Origin: Deltaproteobacteria bacterium
GTDB lineage: Bacteria; Myxococcota; Kuafuiibacteriia; Kuafuiibacteriales; Kuafuiibacteriaceae
Length of the DNA: 64,000 nt
Assembly (NCBI GenBank): GCA_040218735.1
Contig: JAVJQW010000007.1
Coordinates: 96,001-160,000 of the forward strand
Direction: 5' to 3'
The translations under genes were made by a program, and so were the position numbers. Shown one piece after another: positions 58,701 through 64,000 of the stretch (positions are counted from its first letter, which is position 1; every line of letters begins with the position of its first letter). The notes beneath the pieces were generated by a model. That model did not search any database, was not told the origin of the DNA, and was given only the letters and a program-made list of their open reading frames with translations.

Positions 58701-58992
58701 GAAGTGCATCGAGCTGTCGAAGCAGGAGGGGGCCGAGGGCTCGGCGATGGACATCATCGACCAGGGCAAGGTCGACCTCGTCATCAACGTTCCGCGCTCC
58801 TACGACGACCAGGGCCGCCCGGACGGCTACTTGATTCGACGCCGCGCGGTCGACGCGGAGCTCCCGCTCATCACGGACCTGATGCTGGCGCGCGCGCTGG
58901 TCGAGGCGATTCGTGCGCGGCGCGACTCGACGTCGCTCAGGATCTTGTCGTGGGATGAGTACCTGGATCGTAAGCCGATGGCGCTGCGCTAG
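55762..58992 (+). CDS. carB: Carbamoyl-phosphate synthase large subunit
   Basis: IGQAGEFDYSG, NPNIATIQT, HTGES, SKATGYP, NPETVSTDYD, RPSYVLSG, AGVHSGD, MASTGEV, MGS tail. Confidence 0.97.
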   Translation: MYGAYIPKKPKRVLILGSGALQIGQAGEFDYSGSQCIKAMREEHVYTVLINPNIATIQTSEGFADKIYLAAVTPEFVERVIAKEEIDAILLSFGGQTALNCGVELDKLGVYDKYNVRVLGTPLTAIRDTEDRQLFKDRLAEIDVKTARSFAANNIEEGREAVKKIGLPVMLRGAFSLGGKGSAVVRTEEEVETALKRAFAAVPQVLVEEYLAGWKEVEYEVVRDFRDSCITVCNMENFDPMGIHTGESIVVAPSQTLNDEEYHVLRTIAIKVVRHLGIVGECNIQYALDPFSTDYRVIEVNARLSRSSALASKATGYPLAYVAAKLALGYTLPEIPNGITRRTTAFFEPALDYLVCKFPRWDLTKFKGASMKIGSEMKSVGEVMAIGRTFPEVIQKATRMLDIGVHGVDPEKFVREDLDTALSEPTPLRVFHIAKALKEGYTVERIHELTRIDRWFLHALSNIVDMYKRLDGCKAEGRIDADTMRRAKELGFSDAGMSIATGINHKKIRRDRIELGITPHIAKIDTLAAEFPAETNYLYSTYHATAHESPTTRKKKILVLGSGCYRIGSSVEFDWCCVNAAKAAEELGYETIMLNYNPETVSTDYDVCDKLIFDEVSYESVLDVWDKEQPDGVIVSMGGQVPNNLALRLAKDGVKILGTSAEDIDRAEDRSKFSALLDELGVDQPRWTHLTDISKVDEMVAELGGFPILVRPSYVLSGAAMSVAHEKHELVRILERAKAVSSDHPVVLTAFETNAREVEIDAVADNGEIVLWAISEHIEDAGVHSGDATLMLPPQSISIPTIHKARGIAAELAKALKITGPFNVQMLAKKGAVRVIECNLRASRSLPFVSKVTGNNFVSEATRRMLGVRKPVTNHALDLAYVGAKVPMFSFPRLVGADPLLGVEMASTGEVGCFGDDANEALMHSLLATGFRYPKKGVLLSLGPVSDKYSFTEEAKVLAEIGLPIYATPGTAEMLASVNVKCIELSKQEGAEGSAMDIIDQGKVDLVINVPRSYDDQGRPDGYLIRRRAVDAELPLITDLMLARALVEAIRARRDSTSLRILSWDEYLDRKPMALR

Positions 58993-59189
58993 CCGGCTGA
59001 CGAAGTCAGCCCTGCCCCAGCCCGAGCCCCAGCCCTCTCAGGAACGAGGGCAAGGCCCCCACCGATCACCGACCGCCGCTCCGTCATCACGGCATCGAAA
59101 CGAGTGCTTCGTCCCACTCTCCTCGACAGCCCCTAGGATCGGCCGCCGATAGCCCAGGCCGTGCAGACCTGCCTACAACAGACCTCGCG

Positions 59190-60320
59190 ATGATGCTTCG
59201 GGCCTCCTCGGTGCTCCTGTCCCTCCTCCTATGCGCGTGCGCGCAGGAGATCGTCGTGTCGAACGACGGCGGGACGAGTGACCGCGACGCAGGCGAGGGC
59301 GCGCGCGACGGCGGCCACGCCGACGCCGGTACGATCGACGGCGGCGCCCGTGACGGTGGCACCCGCGACGGCGGCGGCGCGCCCCGCGACGGCGGAAGCG
59401 TGCGCGACGCCGGGACGCCGACCGGGCCCCTGACCTGGGGCCAGGCGATCCTCCCCACCAACTCGCGCGGCGTGAATGTGATCTGGGGCCGCTCGGCGGC
59501 CGAGGTCTACGCGGGCGCGGGCCTCTACCTGCTCCGCTTCACCCCCGACGACGGCTGGACCCGCGTTTGGAACAGCCCGTCCAACTTCGACATCGTCGGC
59601 ATCGGCGGGACGACGTCGCGTCTGTTCGTCGCCGACCGCGGCGGGCTGCACGTCTTCGACGGTGACCCGGAGACGACGACGCCCGACTACTATTCCTTCC
59701 CACAGACGCAGCAGGTCGAGGCGTTGCTCGTCCGCAACGCCAACGAAGCGTACCTCACGATCACGCAGTTCAACGGGCGCGCGCTCCTGCGATTCGACGG
59801 CACCGAGCTCCGTCCGCTGTTCCAGCCGAACGACGTCTCGACGCTGACCTCCCTCGACGAGGTCGACGGCACGATCTACATGGGTGCGAACGGGCACCTG
59901 TACCGCGTCGCGACCGGCGTCGTGAGCGAAGAGACGGTCGCTTGGCCAGCGCACTGGCAGGAGATCGACCAGCTGATGTTCGAGTTCCACGGTGTCGCGA
60001 AGATTGGCGCGCGCGTGTTCGCGGTGGGCGACGACGACATGATCTTCGAGCGTGGCCAGGACGACACCTGGCGCCTCGTGCGTGGCAACGGTGCGCCGTC
60101 GATGGCGCTCGAGGACGTCGCGAGCTTCGGCAACTACGGCGTCGCGGTCGGCCAGCCGGGCCCCGACAACCGCCCCTTCCGAGTGTTCGACGGCACCGGC
60201 TGGACGAACCAAGCGGGCCCCGACGCCGTGCTCTACACGGTGTGGGCCGCCGGCCCGAACACCTGGTTCGCGGGCGGCTACGTGAGCATCGACGGCATCA
60301 TCCTGCACGGCACGCGCTGA
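59190..60320 (+). CDS. Lipoprotein with RDGG/DAG linker and beta-propeller-like domain
   Basis: Lipobox LCAC; linker RDAGEGARDGGHADAG...RDGGTRDGG; IWGRSAAEVYA and VWAAGPNTWFAGG repeats. Confidence 0.75.
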   Translation: MMLRASSVLLSLLLCACAQEIVVSNDGGTSDRDAGEGARDGGHADAGTIDGGARDGGTRDGGGAPRDGGSVRDAGTPTGPLTWGQAILPTNSRGVNVIWGRSAAEVYAGAGLYLLRFTPDDGWTRVWNSPSNFDIVGIGGTTSRLFVADRGGLHVFDGDPETTTPDYYSFPQTQQVEALLVRNANEAYLTITQFNGRALLRFDGTELRPLFQPNDVSTLTSLDEVDGTIYMGANGHLYRVATGVVSEETVAWPAHWQEIDQLMFEFHGVAKIGARVFAVGDDDMIFERGQDDTWRLVRGNGAPSMALEDVASFGNYGVAVGQPGPDNRPFRVFDGTGWTNQAGPDAVLYTVWAAGPNTWFAGGYVSIDGIILHGTR

Positions 60321-60436
60321 CCTCCGCGAATTTCATTCGTGCACGGTCGAACGCGTTCGAGGCTCGACGCGAGGCCTTCGACGAAGCGGTCGGATCCGGA
60401 ACGAAATTCGAGCCATAGATCGGCAACGATCGGTTC

Positions 60437-60784
60437 GTGCGTCGCGATGATCGATCCGTGAGCACGCGGCACGATGCACGTTACGACCCGACCGACGACC
60501 TCCTCGAGCGCCAGTGGGAGCGGCTATGGAGACAGATCCGACCGCTGCTGCTGCGGCTCCACGTCCTGTACGCGCGCGCCGAGCTACGTGGCGCGAGCCC
60601 CGTCGACGCCACGGAGATCGAGCACCTCGAACGACGTGTCGCCTCGCTCCGCCGGCGCACGCTGCGCTACCGCGAGGTGCTCCGCGACGAGGCCAACGCG
60701 CGGGTCCTCGGCCCCGTCCCGCAGGACCCGATCGACACCGTGGGTCCCGATGGAACCCCTGTGATCGAAGCGCCCCGATCGTGA
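60437..60784 (+). CDS. Hypothetical small helical protein
   Basis: Amphipathic/coiled-coil pattern and plausible codon usage; no family recognised. Confidence 0.45.
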   Translation: MRRDDRSVSTRHDARYDPTDDLLERQWERLWRQIRPLLLRLHVLYARAELRGASPVDATEIEHLERRVASLRRRTLRYREVLRDEANARVLGPVPQDPIDTVGPDGTPVIEAPRS

Positions 60785-60951
60785 CATCGGTGGGCCGTTT
60801 CACGAGGCCCGGTGGAGGCAGGCGACACGCGGGTACACCGGGGCTCGGATTCGCGCGATCCGTTTGGATTCGGGCACCTTTCGCGGATGTGCGATGCGTT
60901 GACTTGGGTGCTGATGTCCACTAACCAGAGGGTCCTTCGAGGGACGGACAT

Positions 60952-61431
60952 TTGGCCGACAGCGCGCAATTTCACGAGAACATCAGCCACGCGGACGACG
61001 AGGAGATCGGGTCCGATCGCTCGTTCGGCATCACGTTCACGGTCGTCTTCGGACTGATCGCGACGTACTTCTACTTCAAGGGCGGCCCTTCGTGGATGCC
61101 GGCCTCCGTCCAAGGCGCCTCCTGGTACGCGAAAGCATGGATGGGGCTCGCCGGTGTGTCCGGGCTCTTCCTCCTGATCGCGTTGGCAGTCCCGAACATC
61201 CTCCACCCGTTCAACGTGGTGTGGATGAAGTTCGCGATGGTGCTGAACAAGATCGTCAGCCCCATCGTGATGGGGTTGCTCTTCTTCCTCACGGTGACGC
61301 CGATGGCGCTGGTGGTCCGCGCGATGGGGAAGGATCTCCTCCGACTCAAGCTCGACAAGGACGCCAAGTCCTATTGGATCGAGCGCACCCCGCCCGGCCC
61401 TCCGCCGGACACCATGAAGAACCAGTTCTAA
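60952..61431 (+). CDS. SxtJ-family membrane protein
   Basis: SDRSFG, LHPFNVVWMKF, LLFFLTVTP, GKDLLRL, SYWIER, MKNQF. Confidence 0.88.
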   Translation: MADSAQFHENISHADDEEIGSDRSFGITFTVVFGLIATYFYFKGGPSWMPASVQGASWYAKAWMGLAGVSGLFLLIALAVPNILHPFNVVWMKFAMVLNKIVSPIVMGLLFFLTVTPMALVVRAMGKDLLRLKLDKDAKSYWIERTPPGPPPDTMKNQF

Positions 61432-61467
61432 GGGCAGCTGGGAAAGAACGAAAAAGGACTCGAGACC

Positions 61468-61617
61468 ATGGGCTTTATCAAAGAGATGTGGGCGTTCCTC
61501 AGGGTTCGCAAGAAGTTCTGGCTCTTGCCGATCATCATCATGATGGTCGTCTTCGGTGGGCTCTTGATCCTCGCGCAGGGTTCGGCCGTCGCGCCGTTCA
61601 TCTACACGCTGTTCTAA
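61468..61617 (+). CDS. SxtK/DUF5989-family small membrane protein (49 aa, absent from the ORF track)
   Basis: Manual translation MGFIKEMWAFLRVRKKFWLLPIIIMMVVFGGLLILAQGSAVAPFIYTLF*; upstream AAGGA RBS. Confidence 0.9.
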   Translation: MGFIKEMWAFLRVRKKFWLLPIIIMMVVFGGLLILAQGSAVAPFIYTLF

Positions 61618-61630
61618 GGAGCGATTGCGA

Positions 61631-63469
61631 ATGCGAATCCTCGGGATCTCGGCGTTCTATCACGACAGCGCGGCGGCGCTCGTCGCCGACGGTCAGATCG
61701 TAGCGGCCGCGCAGGAAGAGCGCTTCACACGCAAGAAACACGACGCGCGCTTCCCGCACCACGCGGTTTCGTACTGCCTCGAGGAGGCGGGCGTGAACCT
61801 CGACGCGGTCGACTACGTCGCCTTCTACGACAAGCCGTTCCTCAAGTTCGAGCGCCTGCTGGAGACGTACCTCGCGTTCGCTCCACGTGGCTTTCAGTCC
61901 TTCCGCATGGCGATCCCCGTCTGGGTGAAGGAAAAGCTGTTCCAGAAGTCGCTGCTGAAGAAGAAGCTGACGGACCACTACCCGGACTTCGACTGGGAGA
62001 ACCGTCTGCTCTTCGCCGAGCACCACCAAAGCCACGCGTCGAGCGCGTTCTTCCCGTCACCGTTCGAAGAGGCGGTCGTCCTCACGATGGACGGCGTCGG
62101 CGAGTGGGCGACGACGTCCGCGGCGATCGGGCGCGGGAACAAGATGGAGATGGTCAAAGAGATCCATTTCCCGCACTCGCTCGGCCTCCTGTACTCCGCG
62201 TTCACGTACTACACCGGGTTCAAGGTCAACTCGGGTGAGTACAAGGTCATGGGCCTCGCGCCGTACGGCCGGCCGATCTTCGTCGACAAGATCCTCGAGC
62301 ACCTGATGGACCTGAAGGAGGACGGCTCGTTCCGCTTGGACCTGTCGTACTTCGACTACTGCACGGGCCTGAAGATGACGAACGAGAAGTTCGACGAGCT
62401 CTTCGGGGGCCCGCCGCGCGGCAAGGAGAAGCTCCTCACCCAGCGCGAGATGGATCTCGCGGCGTCGGTGCAGAAGGTCATCGAGATCGCGGTCCTCAAA
62501 CTCACGAAGGCGCTCTCGGACGAGTACGGCATCAAGAACCTCTGCCTCGCCGGCGGTGTGGCGCTCAACTGCGTCGCCAACGGCAAAGTGCTGCGCGAGC
62601 AGTACCTCGACAACATCTGGATTCAGCCCGCGGCCGGTGACGCCGGCGGCGCGCTCGGTGCGGCGCTCAACGCGTACCACCAGTTCCAGGGGCAGCCGCG
62701 CAAGATCCCGAACGGCGAACGCGACCACATGAAGGGCTCGTACCTCGGCCCGCTCTACGAGACGGCGCAGATCGAGAAGGAGCTGCGCGAGGTCGGCGCC
62801 AAGTTCGAGACACTCTCCGACGAGGAGATGATCGACGCGACCGCTCAGGCGCTCGCGGACGAGAAGGCCGTCGGCTGGTTCCAGGGGCGGATGGAGTTCG
62901 GGCCGCGTGCGCTCGGTGGACGTTCGATCCTCGGCGACCCGCGTTCGCCGTCGATGCAGACCACGTTGAACCTCAAGGTGAAGTACCGCGAGTCGTTCCG
63001 TCCGTTCGCACCGTCGGTGCTGCGCGACGACGTCGCGGAGTGGTTCGACCTCGACGGTGACAGCCCGTACATGCTGCTCGTCGCGCCGGTGAAGGACGAC
63101 AAGTGCATCGAGATGACCGAGGAGCAGAAGGAGCTGTTCGGCATCGAGAAGCTGAAGATTCCGCGGTCGGAGATCCCGGCGGTCACGCACGTCGACTACT
63201 CGGCGCGCGTGCAGACGGTCCACGAGGACACGAACCCGCGCTACTACAAGCTCATTCGGAAGTTCAAAGACCTCACGGGCTGCCCGGTGGTCGTGAACAC
63301 GAGCTTCAACGTGCGCGGCGAGCCGATCGTGTGCACGCCCGCGGACGCGTTCCGGTGTTTCATGGGCACCGAGATCGAGCGCCTCGCGGTCGGCAACTGC
63401 TTCCTCAAGAAGGAAGACCAGGATGAAAAGCTCAAGCTCGACTACAAGGAAGCGTTCGAGCTCGACTGA
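61631..63469 (+). CDS. O-carbamoyltransferase (NodU/CmcH/SxtI family)
   Basis: ILGISAFYHDSAAA, EERFTRKKHD, HHQSHA, DGVGE, GEYKVMGLAPYG, GGVALNCVAN, EFGPRALG, RESFRPFAP, NTSFNVRGEP. Confidence 0.95.
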   Translation: MRILGISAFYHDSAAALVADGQIVAAAQEERFTRKKHDARFPHHAVSYCLEEAGVNLDAVDYVAFYDKPFLKFERLLETYLAFAPRGFQSFRMAIPVWVKEKLFQKSLLKKKLTDHYPDFDWENRLLFAEHHQSHASSAFFPSPFEEAVVLTMDGVGEWATTSAAIGRGNKMEMVKEIHFPHSLGLLYSAFTYYTGFKVNSGEYKVMGLAPYGRPIFVDKILEHLMDLKEDGSFRLDLSYFDYCTGLKMTNEKFDELFGGPPRGKEKLLTQREMDLAASVQKVIEIAVLKLTKALSDEYGIKNLCLAGGVALNCVANGKVLREQYLDNIWIQPAAGDAGGALGAALNAYHQFQGQPRKIPNGERDHMKGSYLGPLYETAQIEKELREVGAKFETLSDEEMIDATAQALADEKAVGWFQGRMEFGPRALGGRSILGDPRSPSMQTTLNLKVKYRESFRPFAPSVLRDDVAEWFDLDGDSPYMLLVAPVKDDKCIEMTEEQKELFGIEKLKIPRSEIPAVTHVDYSARVQTVHEDTNPRYYKLIRKFKDLTGCPVVVNTSFNVRGEPIVCTPADAFRCFMGTEIERLAVGNCFLKKEDQDEKLKLDYKEAFELD

Positions 63470-63500
63470 GCTTCCCGGGTAAACGATCCAACTATCGGTT

Positions 63501-63565
63501 CCGCAAGGAATTTCGCGGCGTGCCCCCGACGCCGCGTGCGCCCACCTCCGCGAAATTCGTTGCGG
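63501..63565. other. Intergenic 18-bp imperfect inverted repeat (stem-loop)
   Basis: ccgcaa-g-gaatttcgcgg ... ccgcgaaattc-g-ttgcgg, one mismatch. Confidence 0.6.
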
Positions 63566-63592
63566 TCGCGTCGAACGACTAGACTCCCATCC

Positions 63593-64000
63593 GTGGCGAA
63601 GGACGCCTCCACTCGGAACGCGATCCTCGTGACCGTGTTGGTCACGTTGGTGTTCCTCGCGGGCATCTGGGCCGGGCGTTTCCTCACGCGCCTGCAGCTC
63701 GAAGCCCCCATCGCCCAGTGGGACCGCGCCCGGACGCTCGGGGCGCTCGTGAAGAGCGACGAAGACCGTCGCGCGCGCGCGCAGGCGTACGACGACCCGG
63801 ACCAAGCGATCGCCGCGATGGACGGCTACGGGTGGGCGCCGCCCAACTTGCCCGCGCCGTTCGTGGGTGTCGGCCCGGCGCCGGGCGAGCACACCGGGAT
63901 CACGATCGGGGCGGGGCTCTTCCGCGGGCGCGACGGCGTCGAGATGCCGAAGCCGCCGGGGCGCTTCCGCGTCTTCGTCACCGGCGGGTCGACCGCGTTC
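63593..64000 (+). CDS. SGNH/GDSL-family protein, truncated by the window end
   Basis: Manual translation from GTG 63593: TM anchor ... PKPPGRFRVFVTGGSTAF (SGNH block I). Confidence 0.75.
   Translation, partial: MAKDASTRNAILVTVLVTLVFLAGIWAGRFLTRLQLEAPIAQWDRARTLGALVKSDEDRRARAQAYDDPDQAIAAMDGYGWAPPNLPAPFVGVGPAPGEHTGITIGAGLFRGRDGVEMPKPPGRFRVFVTGGSTAF

Noticed and set aside
60952-63469. Saxitoxin biosynthesis cluster
   Set aside because: No sxtA, sxtG or other core genes in the window; the I/J/K cassette occurs widely on its own

Overview
High-GC bacterial DNA that looks like Myxococcota (inferred from the Ser/Thr kinase + TPR pair, the DAG/DGG-linker lipoproteins and the short OPX). I call 47 CDS and recognise no rRNA, tRNA, CRISPR array or transposase. 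Most of the window is dispersed surface-polysaccharide machinery: asnB-like amidotransferase, O-antigen ligase-TPR, wza, wzc, rfbB, a Wzy-like protein, many GT4/GT2/ArnT glycosyltransferases, methyltransferases, rffA, SGNH proteins and an sxtJ/sxtK/sxtI-like carbamoyltransferase cassette. Mixed in are an orphan FliA-family sigma factor, gdhA, a LytS/LytTR pair, a receiver-PEP/pyruvate-binding protein, a zinc-less Fpg and a CAD/Bacteroidota-type carAB. The standout is a translationally coupled three-gene operon (42705-51063, minus strand) that reads like a split bacterial midasin (Mdn1/Rea1)-like system. It encodes (i) a ~1720-aa protein with novel N-terminal repeats and two tandem midasin-like AAA+ modules, (ii) a small degenerate AAA-like protein, and (iii) a protein with an HExxH domain, an acidic tandem-repeat linker and a C-terminal vWA/MIDAS domain. 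All family calls are by motif recognition by eye; no database searches were run.
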